From Syntrophales bacterium (lineage in GTDB: Bacteria > Desulfobacterota > Syntrophia > Syntrophales > PHBD01), in NCBI GenBank assembly GCA_963668175.1, contig OY764159.1, positions 3,968,001 to 4,032,000 on the forward strand: a stretch of DNA of 64,000 bases, in the 5' to 3' direction. A model generated the notes under the pieces. It worked only from the letters and a program-made list of their open reading frames with translations. It was not told where the DNA came from and made no database searches. Position 1 is the first letter of the stretch. Each line of letters opens with the position of its first letter. Positions 41,770 to 52,483 of this stretch are shown piece after piece. The position numbers and the translations under genes were made by a program.

Positions 41770-42513
41770 CTACTGGGCTTCACGGATTCCCTTGCACAAA
41801 GCCTTGGCAAGAGCCTGCTTGGTCGTTTCATTGAGCAGAAGGTCCCGGTCGTTGTCGTTCGTAGCAAATCCCATCTCCACAACGACCGCCGGGATCGTCA
41901 AGCCTTCCAGCAATGGGACGGGGGCATCGCGAAGGCCTCTGTCCTTGTGGGGAAAGATGACGGCCAGGTTCTTCCCGATCATTTGCGCAAGCCTGACGCT
42001 GTCGTTTAAATACTTGTTCTTCACCATATCTTTCAGGATGGCTTTAGAATCGTTCTGCCCCCCCGGAAGGGATTTGAACCCCGGGAAATAGACTTCGTAC
42101 CCTGACGACTTCTTGTCGAAACCCGCGTTCACATGGAGGCTGATCACGATGTCCGCCTTGGCGGTCCGGATTAATTTCAGCCGGTCCTCGACGGTCATCG
42201 TCGTATCCGCCGATCGGGTCAGGCGGATCTGAAATTGTCCCGATTGAGCCAGGTCTTTTTCCATCAACTGGGCAATCCGCAGCGTCAGGTCTTTCTCCTT
42301 GACACCACCGGACAGACTGACCCCGCTATCGGAACCTCCGTGGGCGGCGTCGATGATGACGACCTTTCTCTCCTGCGCCGCCTTGGCGTAAAAACAGGGA
42401 ATAGCAAGACCGACCGCGACGAAAGCGCACAGGCCTATTCCCGCAAGTTTCAGCAACCGTCCCATCCGTTTCATCCATCCTCCGCTTACGTTCTTATTCA
42501 GGCGGAGTTTCAT
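41770..42513 (-). CDS. N-acetylmuramoyl-L-alanine amidase (Amidase_3)
   Basis: IDAAHGG, EKD, SLHVNA and VEMGF; N-terminal hydrophobic signal. Start may be about 42474. Confidence 0.9.
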   Translation of the reverse strand: MKLRLNKNVSGGWMKRMGRLLKLAGIGLCAFVAVGLAIPCFYAKAAQERKVVIIDAAHGGSDSGVSLSGGVKEKDLTLRIAQLMEKDLAQSGQFQIRLTRSADTTMTVEDRLKLIRTAKADIVISLHVNAGFDKKSSGYEVYFPGFKSLPGGQNDSKAILKDMVKNKYLNDSVRLAQMIGKNLAVIFPHKDRGLRDAPVPLLEGLTIPAVVVEMGFATNDNDRDLLLNETTKQALAKALCKGIREAQ

Positions 42514-42559
42514 ACAGCAAAGGGCAATATCCTGTCAAATCGAATATGACAACGGTATT

Positions 42560-44733
42560 TCATCCCTTTCTGATTCTCTCCACCGACTCTACGCCTTTGA
42601 GTTTCTTGATGGCCGAGGCCACTCTATTATACTCGTTCAAATCATTAACATCGATTGTAAAATCGCAGATCGCTTTCCTGTCCGGATTGTCCGTATCGAC
42701 CTCCGCATGCCTGATATTGATGTCCAACCCGGAGATTGTGCTGCTGACCTCGGCGAGGACGCCCTTCTTATCATCGCAGATCACCCGCATGAAAACCGGA
42801 TAGGACTGCTTCTCCTTGATATTCCATTCGACATCGACGAGCCGGTCGGATTCCATGTCCCGAACGTTTGAACAATTCACCGTATGAATCACGATTCCCC
42901 TACCCCGGGATATATAACCGATAATCTCGTCGCCGGGGATGGGATCGCAGCACTTGCCGAACCTGACCATGACGTCCTCGATGCCCGTCAGCGATATGCC
43001 CACGGACGACGATACGGAACTGGTCTTGCCTATCTTACGGACAATGGTCTTCTTGACTTTTTCCAGAAGCGACTCGCCCGCCTGATCGTAATCGTCCGGC
43101 AGGAAATAGCGCACGACGTGCTTCGGCGAGATCTTTCCGAACCCGATCGTCGCCAGAAGATCATCCAATGTGTGGAGCGAGTAGTCCTCAAAAACCCTTT
43201 TCATCTCTTCCGATTTTGAGGCCTGACTGAATTTCAAATGGTTCTTTTGAATTCCTTCTCGACAAGGTCCTTGCCGAGGGCAATGCTTCTGGTCCTCTCT
43301 TCCGCCTGCACCCAGGCCCTGATCTTTGCCCGGGCCTTCGGGGTGACGGCGTTCTTCAGCCAATCCTTGCTGGGATGGTGGCCCGCCTGGGTCAGGATCT
43401 CCACCGTATCGCCGTTTTGCAGTTCGTATTTCAGCGGGACGATATTGCGGTTCACCTTGGCGCCGATGCACTGATTGCCGACATCCGTGTGGATGCTGTA
43501 GGCAAAGTCGATGGGAGTGGCGCCCTTGGGAAACGCCCTGACATCGCCGCCGGGGGTGAAGACGTAAACCTCGTCGGGGAAGAGAGCGAGCTTCAGGCTG
43601 GACATATACTCGCGGGGATTCAAGACTTCGTGCTGGGCTTCCAGGAGTTCGCGGAGCTTCTTGATCTGTTCGTCATCGTCGCTCTCCTGGGTCCGCTTTT
43701 CCTTGTATCGCCAGTGGGCCGCAATACCCGCTTCCGCCCATTCATGCATGTCCCTGGTTCTTATCTGGATTTCGATCCGCTCTCCGTAGGGTCCGATGAC
43801 AGTGGTATGGAGCGAACGGTAATTGTTGGCCTTCGGGATGGCAATGTAGTCCTTGAACCGGCCCGGAACGGGTTTCCACCGGGCATGAACGACGCTGAGC
43901 GCCTCGTAGCATTCCTTCTCTACGTTGGAATCGAGAATGACCCGGAAAGCGATAAGATCGTAGACCTCGTCGAACTTGATATGCTGGGATTCCATCTTTG
44001 AGTAAATGCTGTAAAGGTGTTTCGCTCGGCCCTCCACTTCCGCCTTAAGGTCGAACTTCTCCATTTCCCGCTGGATGAGGCCCTTGACCTCTTCGGTATA
44101 TTTTTCCCGCTGTTCTTTTTTGGAAGCGAGGCGCCGCGACAGATCCCAGTACGCGTCGGGCTCGATATAACGGAAGGAAACGTCTTCCAACTCCACCTTC
44201 ATCCAGTAAATACCAAGCCGGTTCGCCAGAGGGGCATAGAGTTCCAGGGTCTCCTTGGCGATATACAGCTGCTTTTCCGGAGGATGAAACTGGAGGGTTC
44301 TCATGTTATGGATCCGGTCGGCCAGCCTGACGAGCAGGATACGGATATCGGCTGACATCGCCAGGATCATCTTCCGGAAATTCTCCGCCTGCCTTTCTTC
44401 CTGGCTTCCGAACGTAATCTTGCTGATCTTGGTCAGACCCTCGACGAGAAAAGCCACGTCCTTACCGAACAAGTCCTTGACCTGATCGATCGTCGTGAGC
44501 GTATCTTCCACGGTATCGTGCAACAGACCGGTAATCACGGTGGCGGCGTCCAGCTTCATGTCGGCGAGAATGGAGGATACTTCCATGGGATGGGTCAGGT
44601 AAGGCTCCCCGGAAAGGCGCAGCTGCCCCTGATGAACCGATGCGGAGAAGATGTAGGCCTTCTCGATCTGTTCCAATTCATCCTTCGTCAGGTACGACTG
44701 GGTCTTATCCAGGATGTCGGTGATACGAATCAT
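42560..44733 (-). pseudogene. rel: Bifunctional (p)ppGpp synthetase/hydrolase Rel, split by a 1-nt frameshift near 43245-43248 (real or sequencing error)
   Basis: 44733-43234 encodes HD (LLHDTVED), synthetase (RFKDY, YRSLHT) and TGS. A different frame down to 42560 encodes ZFD (KCCDPIPGD) and ACT. Adding one A gives a 724-aa protein. Confidence 0.88.
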
Positions 44734-44894
44734 AACGGTAACGGGCTCATCCTATTCTCAAAACGGGCGCGGCAAGGCAAACGGACAATACATTCCCGCC
44801 GGCCGGGGTTGAAACGGCGTTTCCCTCTGCCCGGGTCCGCGATCTTCCGACCGGTCGTCGCTTCATTTCCGGCGGCGTCGACTGTTCCTTCAAT

Positions 44895-46607
44895 CTACAG
44901 GGCCTCACGAATAAAACCGGCAATAAACGCCTCCGCTTCGTCGAGCGATAACGCCTTGACCTCCCCCGTTTTCCGGATTTTCACCTCAACCTTGCCCTCG
45001 GCCAGTCTCTTGGGGCCGACGGTAACCCTCAAAGGTATTCCGATCAGATCCGCATCGTTGAATTTCACACCCGCCCTTTCGTCCCGGTCGTCGAAGAGCA
45101 CATCCACTCCTTTATCCGCCAGGGATTCATAGAGTTTTCCGGCGACTTCCGCCAGGCGAGGCTCGTTGATATTCACCGGCGTGATGATCACATGGAAAGG
45201 GGCGATCGGCACCGGCCAGATGATTCCGTTTTCGTCGTTGTTCTGTTCGATACTCGCGGCAACGGTTCGCCCCACGCCGATTCCGTAGCAGCCCATGATC
45301 ATCGTCTGCTCCTGACCGCTCTTGTCCAGATAGACGGCCTTCATGGCCTCGCTGTATTTGGTCCCGAGTTTAAAGACATGGCCGACCTCGATGCCCCGGG
45401 CAAAACGAAGCTCGCCCTGGCAGCGGGGACAGGGGTCGCTTTCCCTTGCTACTCTGAGATCCGCGAAAACATCGACCTTGAAGTCCCTGCCGATGTTGAC
45501 GTTTTTCACATGATAATCTTCCTTGTTGGCCCCCATGACGCAATTGACCATATTGAGCAGCGAATAGTCGGCCAGAACCTTCGCCTTGATCCCGACGGCG
45601 CCGACAAATCCCCTCGGGGCCCTGGCCGCCGCCATGATCATGTCGTCCATGGCCATTTCCAGCTCATTGCACTTCAGGAGATTCTTGACCTTGATCTCGT
45701 TCACTTCCTCGTCGCCCCGAATGAGAACGGCCACGGGCTTGCCGTCGGCGCTGAATATGAGCGTCTTGACGACCGCCTGCGGCGTCACGCCGAGAAAGGC
45801 GCAGACCTCTTCGATCGTCCTGACATTCGGCGTATGGACTTCCGTGAGGGGCAGGAAAGTCTTTTCGTCGACGGCCAGTTTTTCCGGCCTGGCAATTTCC
45901 GCCTTCTCCAGGTTGGCCGCATAGTCGCACCGGTTGCAGAAGACGACGGCGTCTTCCCCTGTGTCGGCCATAACCATGAATTCATGGGAGAAATTTCCCC
46001 CGATGGAGCCGGTATCCGCCTCAACGGCCCGGAATCGCAGGCCGCATCGCCTGAAGATGGCATGGTAAGCATCGTACATTTTTTTGTAACTGATATCGGC
46101 CCCCTCTTGATCGACGTCGAAACTGTAGGCATCCTTCATGCCGAACTCACGGCACCGCATGACGCCGAAGCGCGGCCGGATCTCGTCGCGGAACTTGGTT
46201 TGAATCTGATAAAGATTCCTGGGCAACTGCCGATAGGTTTTGATTTCATTCCTGACCAGTTCGGTGACGACCTCCTCATGGGTAGGCCCCAGGCAGCACT
46301 CACGGTCGTGGCGGTCCCGGAAACGCAGAAGCTCCTTGCCGTAATGCTCCCATCGTCCCGACTCCTGCCACAATTCCGCCGGCTGCACCGCCGGCATGAA
46401 GATCTCCTGCGCCCCGGCCCGGTTCATTTCCTCCCGGATGATTTGTTCCACCTTGCGGATGACCCTGTATCCCAATGGCAGATAGGTATAGATGCCTGCC
46501 GTCAGCTTCCGGATCATCCCCGCCCGCAGCATGAGCTGATGGCTTACAACTTCCGCATCGGATGGAATTTCTCTGATCGTGGGTAAGAACATTTCCGAGT
46601 AACGCAT
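44895..46607 (-). CDS. proS: Proline--tRNA ligase (with INS editing domain)
   Basis: [29 protein letters not shown] and MGCYGIG. Confidence 0.97.
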   Translation of the reverse strand: MRYSEMFLPTIREIPSDAEVVSHQLMLRAGMIRKLTAGIYTYLPLGYRVIRKVEQIIREEMNRAGAQEIFMPAVQPAELWQESGRWEHYGKELLRFRDRHDRECCLGPTHEEVVTELVRNEIKTYRQLPRNLYQIQTKFRDEIRPRFGVMRCREFGMKDAYSFDVDQEGADISYKKMYDAYHAIFRRCGLRFRAVEADTGSIGGNFSHEFMVMADTGEDAVVFCNRCDYAANLEKAEIARPEKLAVDEKTFLPLTEVHTPNVRTIEEVCAFLGVTPQAVVKTLIFSADGKPVAVLIRGDEEVNEIKVKNLLKCNELEMAMDDMIMAAARAPRGFVGAVGIKAKVLADYSLLNMVNCVMGANKEDYHVKNVNIGRDFKVDVFADLRVARESDPCPRCQGELRFARGIEVGHVFKLGTKYSEAMKAVYLDKSGQEQTMIMGCYGIGVGRTVAASIEQNNDENGIIWPVPIAPFHVIITPVNINEPRLAEVAGKLYESLADKGVDVLFDDRDERAGVKFNDADLIGIPLRVTVGPKRLAEGKVEVKIRKTGEVKALSLDEAEAFIAGFIREAL

Positions 46608-46658
46608 GATGCCTCCTTCGTCGATAAGTTATCCTTGATGGAAGGGCGCCCCTCTTCT

Positions 46659-47723
46659 TCAGCCCTTCATTGCATTCACTTCTTCAAGCAGTGCTTTGAC
46701 AAAATCCTTTTCCTTGACCTTCCGGACGATCTTGCCCTTTTTGAAGAGCATGCCGACCTTCCGGCCGCCGGCAATGCCGACATCCGCCTCGGCGGCCTCT
46801 CCGGGACCATTGACGACGCAGCCCATCAGGGCGATTTTCAGATAATCCCTGCTGCCGGCCAGCTTCTCCTCGACTTCGCCGACCAGTTTGAAGAGGTCGA
46901 TCTCGCAACGGCCGCACGTGGGGCAGGAGATAATATCCGGCCCGATCCGGCGAATACCGAGGGAACGCAGAATCCCGTAAGCGATACCGATTTCATGGAC
47001 CGGATTGCCCGTAACGGAGACCCGGATGGTATCGCCGATGCCCTCCGCCAGGAGCGCGCCGATGCCTATGGACGACTTGATGGCGGCATTCAGGAGACTT
47101 CCCGCTTCCGTTACGCCGAGATGAAGGGGGTAATCGGTCTTTTTTGCCGCCAGCCTGTATGCGCCGATCATGGTCTTCACGTCCGACGATTTTAAGGAAA
47201 GCTTGATTGCACTGAAACCCATATCCTCGAACAGGGCGGCATTCCTGAGGGCGCTCTCCGCCAGGGCCTCGGCCGTCGGCCCCTTATGCTTGGCGAGGAT
47301 ATCCTTTTCGAGAGAGCCGGCGTTGATGCCGATACGGATAGCAATCCCGGCCGCCTTGGCTTCTCTGACGACCTCCCTGACTTTTCCTGTCTCCATGTTC
47401 CCGGGATTGATGCGGATACAGTCGACCCCGGCATGGATGGCCTTGACGGCCAGACGGTGGTTAAAATGGATGTCCGCGATAAGGGGAATGGCGATCCCGC
47501 TTTTGATGTCCGCCAATCGTCCCGCCGCGTCCTCATCGGGAACGGCGACCCGGACGATTTCACAACCGGCCTCTTCAAGCTCCCTGATCTGCCCGACCGT
47601 GGCCTCGACGTCCCTCGTATCGGTGCATGTCATCGATTGTACGGTTATCGGCGCCCCGCCGCCGACGGGGACATCGCCTACCAGGATCTTCCTTGTTTTT
47701 CTTCTTTTAACGGTTTTTTCCAA
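46659..47723 (-). CDS. ispG: 4-hydroxy-3-methylbut-2-en-1-yl diphosphate synthase
   Basis: VQSM, ADIHF, RINPGN, CPTCGR and GCVVNGPGE. Confidence 0.97.
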   Translation of the reverse strand: MEKTVKRRKTRKILVGDVPVGGGAPITVQSMTCTDTRDVEATVGQIRELEEAGCEIVRVAVPDEDAAGRLADIKSGIAIPLIADIHFNHRLAVKAIHAGVDCIRINPGNMETGKVREVVREAKAAGIAIRIGINAGSLEKDILAKHKGPTAEALAESALRNAALFEDMGFSAIKLSLKSSDVKTMIGAYRLAAKKTDYPLHLGVTEAGSLLNAAIKSSIGIGALLAEGIGDTIRVSVTGNPVHEIGIAYGILRSLGIRRIGPDIISCPTCGRCEIDLFKLVGEVEEKLAGSRDYLKIALMGCVVNGPGEAAEADVGIAGGRKVGMLFKKGKIVRKVKEKDFVKALLEEVNAMKG

Positions 47724-47883
47724 TCATCAACCTCAGACGACCGCTGCCGGCCGGTTAAACCCTTCGTGCCGACTGTTAAAAAAGCGGCCCCGGAGATGAC
47801 GTGCGCCATCCAAGAATCAAATCCGGGGAGATACCCGATCCTGCGGTCGGCTTTTACAACACTCTGCCAAAAGATGAGATTTT

Positions 47884-47912
47884 TTTATAACATGAAGGCA
47901 AGATAAAGGCAA
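47884..47912 (-). promoter_or_regulatory. sigma70 promoter for the ispG operon
   Basis: Minus strand TTGCCT-N17-TATAAA with an extended TG. Confidence 0.6.
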
Positions 47913-48009
47913 TCGCCGATCTAGGACGGTTTTTGCCCTGATCACCCAAGGAAACACCGCGAATCAGAGGACTTTTTCTCTCGCCTTTCCATGCCGCCGC
48001 GGCTTCATC

Positions 48010-48038
48010 TTGACGGAGACGTCCAGGCAAATTATAGT
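48010..48038 (+). promoter_or_regulatory. sigma70 promoter for the TIGR03790-like gene
   Basis: TTGACG-N17-TATAGT. Confidence 0.68.
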
Positions 48039-48142
48039 GAGACGATAAGATTCTTTTTCAGTCATTGATCTGGAAAACGACGAACCGCATTACACAATAG
48101 TCTTGTCAAAGGTCCATGCCGGACCTCCTGCGGGAAGGACAT

Positions 48143-49465
48143 ATGAATTTGAAGACCAACGACACGCATCGCACAACGTCTCTGAGAAGATTCTTGCCGC
48201 TTATTTTATGCTTTGCCGCGGGCCTGTGTGTGCTCATGGAACCGGGCAAGTGCTGGCCCCTGGACGCCAAAGAAATCATCGTCATTGCCAACCGGAACGT
48301 TCCGGACAGCAAAGCCCTCGCCTTCTACTACATGACCCGTCGCGGCATCCCCGCCGAAAACCTTCTTGTCCTTGCTCTGACGGACGAAGAGCATTGCTCC
48401 CGGGAAGAATACAATCAAGAGGCCGTCATTCCCGTGCGCAGGTTTCTCCAGGCAAAAGACCCCGAAAACCGGAGATTTCGCTGCATCGTCACCATGCACG
48501 GCGTTCCGCTCGTCGTGAACGGTTCCGGCCTGAACGTCAAGGATACAGCGAAAATTGCCGCCCTGAGGGATAGGATTAAGAATATACGGTCGGAACTGGC
48601 GAAGCAGTCCTTGAGCGAAAAAGAGAAGGATAAGGCCTATAAAGAAAAGATCGAGCCCCTGGAGCGGCAAGTCACAGCCGTCAGCAAAGCGGACAGCAGC
48701 GCCTCGTTCGATTCGGAGATAGCACTGGTTCGTGAGGCCGACTATCCCCTTGCCGGTTGGGTTCCCAATCCTTACTATCTGGGCTACCGGGGAAAATCGA
48801 TTAAGAACATGCCGTCCAAGGCCTTTATGATCGCGCGCCTGGACGGCCCCTCGAAACAGATCGTCACCCGGATCATCGACGACAGTCTTGCCGCCGAAGC
48901 CGGGGGATTGCGCGGCACAGCCTATTTCGACGCCCGCTGGCCCGACCCGGGGAAGAAGCAGTTGACCGGATATGCCTTCTACGACCGCTCCCTTCATTTG
49001 GCGGCGAAGCAGATCAGGGATAACGCCGTCATGCCCGTCGTGTTGGATGAAAAGGAACGGCTTTTTCAGCCGGGTGAGGCGCCCAATGCAGCCCTCTACT
49101 GCGGTTGGTACAGCCTAGCGAAATATGTCGATGCCTTCACCTGGGTGCCTGGTGCCGTTGGGTACCATATAGCGAGCGAGGAATGCGAGACGCTGAGAAA
49201 ACCCGGAAGCCGGGTATGGTGCAAGGTCATGCTCGAAAAGGGCGTCGCCGCCACGATCGGTCCCGTCAGCGAACCCTATGTCCAGGCTTTCCCGGTACCC
49301 GAAGTTTTTTTCACGTTCCTGATCAGCGGCCGCCTGACCCTGGCGGAATGTTACGCCCTCAGCAACCCCTTTCTGTCCTGGAAGATGGTCCTCATCGGCG
49401 ACCCGCTGTACCGGCCCTTCAAATACCGGGTGAACGCCGAGATGCCCGGACCGCACCGCCCATGA
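48143..49465 (+). CDS. TIGR03790-family exported protein
   Basis: Signal peptide, LAFYYMTRRGIP, ARLDGP, GWYS, GPVSEPY and IGDPLYRPF. Alternative start 48116. Confidence 0.78.
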   Translation: MNLKTNDTHRTTSLRRFLPLILCFAAGLCVLMEPGKCWPLDAKEIIVIANRNVPDSKALAFYYMTRRGIPAENLLVLALTDEEHCSREEYNQEAVIPVRRFLQAKDPENRRFRCIVTMHGVPLVVNGSGLNVKDTAKIAALRDRIKNIRSELAKQSLSEKEKDKAYKEKIEPLERQVTAVSKADSSASFDSEIALVREADYPLAGWVPNPYYLGYRGKSIKNMPSKAFMIARLDGPSKQIVTRIIDDSLAAEAGGLRGTAYFDARWPDPGKKQLTGYAFYDRSLHLAAKQIRDNAVMPVVLDEKERLFQPGEAPNAALYCGWYSLAKYVDAFTWVPGAVGYHIASEECETLRKPGSRVWCKVMLEKGVAATIGPVSEPYVQAFPVPEVFFTFLISGRLTLAECYALSNPFLSWKMVLIGDPLYRPFKYRVNAEMPGPHRP

Positions 49466-49576
49466 CCCGCCTTCACGGTTTCAGCAGGAAAGACGGCGGC
49501 TCAGGGTTTCATCCGACGGCATCGGAATGGTGTTGAGGGAAATAGTGAACGGCGCTTGATTCTTCATCCGTCGCGC

Positions 49577-50206
49577 CTAACGGAAGCAGGTCGGAATATC
49601 GTCCAGCGGCAAGAAGGCACAGGCCGTATAACGGCCGTCATGGCTTAAGCTCATGTCAAAGGGCGCACGATCCCCTCGAATCAGGACCCGGGGGACAGAA
49701 GCATATCCTGCGATGCCGATATCGTTCCCAGGCAACCCCAGATGACGGGACAGGAAAGCGATCCCGGCTTCTCTTACCAGAGCCGATTCGTCGGCGTTTG
49801 CATCGTTCCACCGGCAGACATCGGAAAGGATCGCATTGAGATCATCGTCCGAACCAGTGCAGGCCAGGCCATGCACATAATCGCTGTCTGAAAAGATACG
49901 AACATGAACGGCACCGACAGGCGTTTCCACCCTCCCGCGGACCGCAGTATCCCCATCGCTGCACCTCAATGTTACTTCGTAGCTGCGCGGTATCGAACAG
50001 ACTGGCGGCGCCAGTTTCGAGATCGCTTTGTATGCCGATTCCTTGGCTGCCCAGAGGGACCATAGAGCCCGGTCCGCCTCGGCGGAGTCAAGGATCATAC
50101 GCTGTTCAGCGGGTGTAAAGACGCGATTGACGAAGCGCCGATCCCTGCTCTTCCCCCTGTTTTCGGGATCGGTCAAATCCACCACATCGTTGCCGACGAA
50201 AGGCAA
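49577..50206 (-). CDS. 4'-phosphopantetheinyl transferase
   Basis: VGNDVVD, WAAKESAYKA and SLSHDG. TTG start at 50206 with GGAGGAGG upstream. Confidence 0.9.
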   Translation of the reverse strand: MPFVGNDVVDLTDPENRGKSRDRRFVNRVFTPAEQRMILDSAEADRALWSLWAAKESAYKAISKLAPPVCSIPRSYEVTLRCSDGDTAVRGRVETPVGAVHVRIFSDSDYVHGLACTGSDDDLNAILSDVCRWNDANADESALVREAGIAFLSRHLGLPGNDIGIAGYASVPRVLIRGDRAPFDMSLSHDGRYTACAFLPLDDIPTCFR

Positions 50207-50942
50207 AATAGGCCTCCTCCATGCGCGCCAGTTGCCGGATGATCTGTGCGGCGTAATGCCTCTGAGCGCGAAGCCCCGATTTCTCCGGCCGTTCCAGGTC
50301 CAACGTCTCGACATATACGGTGAAACGTTCGTCTCTCCGGGGAATCGTCCCCCAGGTTTCCTGGCCGTCGCCGCGGAGATAGACACACAGAACGCGGCAG
50401 TCTCCGCACGATTCCAGGAACCGGCCGGCGCCATAGGAAACGTTGTCGACGTCCACGCGACCGGTTCGCGAGCGGCCGCCCTCGGGAAATATCAGGAGGC
50501 TTTGTTTCTCCCCCAGAAGATACCGGCAGCGCGCCATCACGTCCTTCATCTCTTCGCTGTCGCCGCCCCGGTGAACGGGAACGCACTTGGCGAGATAACA
50601 GAGAGCGGTCAGGATAAAGCTTTTCTGGAAGTTGTCCCGTTCGGGCAGATTCCAGGGCAGGCACCGAAAATCGAACAAGTGCCGCTTCAGAGAGAACATA
50701 GCGTAGATGATAATGGCCGAATCCACCATGGTCAAATGATTGGCGCAAATCAGCCAGGGGCCGTCGTGGCCAGCCGTTTTGACGCGGCATTCCTCCCGGA
50801 TGCGGCGCAAATCCCTGATGCGGTAACCCCTCAGCCTGAGAAAGGCGAAATAGGCAGGGGCCAGAAGAAAGACGAACATCCCGCCCAGGAAGTACTGCCA
50901 CTTTAGGCTTGTCTTGAAGGAAATCTTCCTCATGACGCTCAA
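50106..50942 (-). CDS. PlsC-like lysophospholipid acyltransferase
   Basis: NHLTMVD (HX4D), FPEGGRS and an N-terminal TM. Confidence 0.88.
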   Translation of the reverse strand: MSVMRKISFKTSLKWQYFLGGMFVFLLAPAYFAFLRLRGYRIRDLRRIREECRVKTAGHDGPWLICANHLTMVDSAIIIYAMFSLKRHLFDFRCLPWNLPERDNFQKSFILTALCYLAKCVPVHRGGDSEEMKDVMARCRYLLGEKQSLLIFPEGGRSRTGRVDVDNVSYGAGRFLESCGDCRVLCVYLRGDGQETWGTIPRRDERFTVYVETLDLERPEKSGLRAQRHYAAQIIRQLARMEEAYFAFRRQRCGGFDRSRKQGEEQGSALRQSRLYTR

Positions 50943-51187
50943 TGCAGCTTCTTCTTAACCAGGGCAATGGCATCGCCGATGGTCCGGATCTTATCGGCCT
51001 CGTCGTCGTCGATCGTTACGCCGAAGACGTCCTCGCAGCGGATGATGACATCCACGAGCCTGGCCGAATTGACCTTCAGGTCCTTGAGGATGTGGGTCTC
51101 CGCGGTCGCCTTGTCCAGAAGGGCGACATCCTTCGTGTAGTTCTTCAAAATTCCCGTGATTTCCGTAAAAATCTGCTGTTCATCCAT
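50939..51187 (-). CDS. Acyl carrier protein (atypical DLKVNSARLVD motif)
   Basis: 82 aa with ACP pattern EDVFGVTIDD..A.KI.TIGD; Ser retained at the start of helix II. Confidence 0.9.
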   Translation of the reverse strand: MDEQQIFTEITGILKNYTKDVALLDKATAETHILKDLKVNSARLVDVIIRCEDVFGVTIDDDEADKIRTIGDAIALVKKKLH

Positions 51188-51205
51188 AACTTATGATCCT
51201 CCTTG

Positions 51206-52483
51206 CTATTCCTTCCATTTTTTAAATATGAGACAACTGTTCACGTCGCCAAAACCGAAGCCGGCCTTGGCGATGACGTTTAATTCGGGATAATCCAGGC
51301 ATGTCCTGGGAATCCGGTCCGTATAGGCCTCGATGTCCGGGTGGATGTCTTCGCAGTTCACCGACGGGTGAAGAAAACCCTTATAGAGCTGCAGGACAAC
51401 GGCGACGCACTCGATGGCGCCGGTCGCACCGAGGCAGTGCCCAATGAGCGACTTCGTCGCATTGATATAGGGAAATCTCTCCGGTCCCCGACCCAGGGCC
51501 TCCGACCAGTTTTTCACTTCGATGGGATCGGCATAGGTTGCCGTAAGGTGGCCGTTGATCGCATCGATGGCCTCCGGTTCGATACCCGCCTCTTGAACGG
51601 CGTTTCTGATGCAGCGTCCGACGCCCTCGGGATTCGGCGCCGTCATGGACCCTCCTTGCCGGTGCCCTCCGCAGTTGACTGCGCCGCTGAGAATCTCGGC
51701 ATATATCCGTGCCCCGCGGGCCAAAGCCGTCTCCAGCTCTTCCAGGACCAGGACAGCCCCGCCGGCACCCGGCACGAAGCCGCAGGCGCTGGCGCTCATC
51801 GGTCGCGACGCCGCCTCCGGATGTTCGTTGAACTTGCGGCAAATGACGCGCATGGCATCGAAACCGGACCAGATATAAGGTGACGCACCTTCCGATCCGC
51901 CGGCCAGCATCCTTTTAGCCAGTCCCATTCGTATCCGCAGGAAGGCGTCGATGATCGCCTCGTTACCCGTGCTGCATGCGGCCGAATTGGACGTAACCTG
52001 GTTGCCCAGGGCCAGTAAACCCGCGATGCGGGCACTGGTCCCGCTGTTCATCACCTGTTCGACGATCCGGCTCCCCAGGCGGCGGACTTTTCCCTCGTTG
52101 ACCATGGGCACGACGGACTTGGCGATCGTATCCATTCCGCCTATGCCGGAGCCGATAATCGCCCCGGTGTCCCAATCAACCCTGTCGTCGTCGGCTTCCG
52201 GCACTTCAAACCCTGCATCCGTCCAGGCATCGACGGCCGACACGGAGGCGTAGCCGATATTGTCGTTGATCGACATCAGTTTCTCGTGATCGAAATAGCG
52301 TTTCCGGATTGCATCGAAATCCTGCGGTACGCCGCCTACCTGACAGGCAAAGCTCAAATCCCTGAGTTCAGGGAGAAAGCGGATGCCCGACCGGCCTTCC
52401 CGCAACGCCGCTTCAAAGGCTTCCAGGCCGTGGCCATTCGGCGCGGCCACTCCCATACCCGTTATCACAACCCTATTTTTCAT
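51206..52483 (-). CDS. fabF: Beta-ketoacyl-ACP synthase (FabF/FabB family)
   Basis: RVVITGMG and Cys-His-His triad (AACSTG, NGHLTAT, GHCLGA). Start at MKNRV. Confidence 0.9.
   Translation of the reverse strand: MKNRVVITGMGVAAPNGHGLEAFEAALREGRSGIRFLPELRDLSFACQVGGVPQDFDAIRKRYFDHEKLMSINDNIGYASVSAVDAWTDAGFEVPEADDDRVDWDTGAIIGSGIGGMDTIAKSVVPMVNEGKVRRLGSRIVEQVMNSGTSARIAGLLALGNQVTSNSAACSTGNEAIIDAFLRIRMGLAKRMLAGGSEGASPYIWSGFDAMRVICRKFNEHPEAASRPMSASACGFVPGAGGAVLVLEELETALARGARIYAEILSGAVNCGGHRQGGSMTAPNPEGVGRCIRNAVQEAGIEPEAIDAINGHLTATYADPIEVKNWSEALGRGPERFPYINATKSLIGHCLGATGAIECVAVVLQLYKGFLHPSVNCEDIHPDIEAYTDRIPRTCLDYPELNVIAKAGFGFGDVNSCLIFKKWKE

Noticed and set aside
43240..43255. Canonical programmed -1 frameshift in rel
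   Set aside because: The in-frame context TTC AAA AGA is not an X XXY YYZ heptamer and no strong downstream hairpin is evident. Kept only as an unexplained indel.
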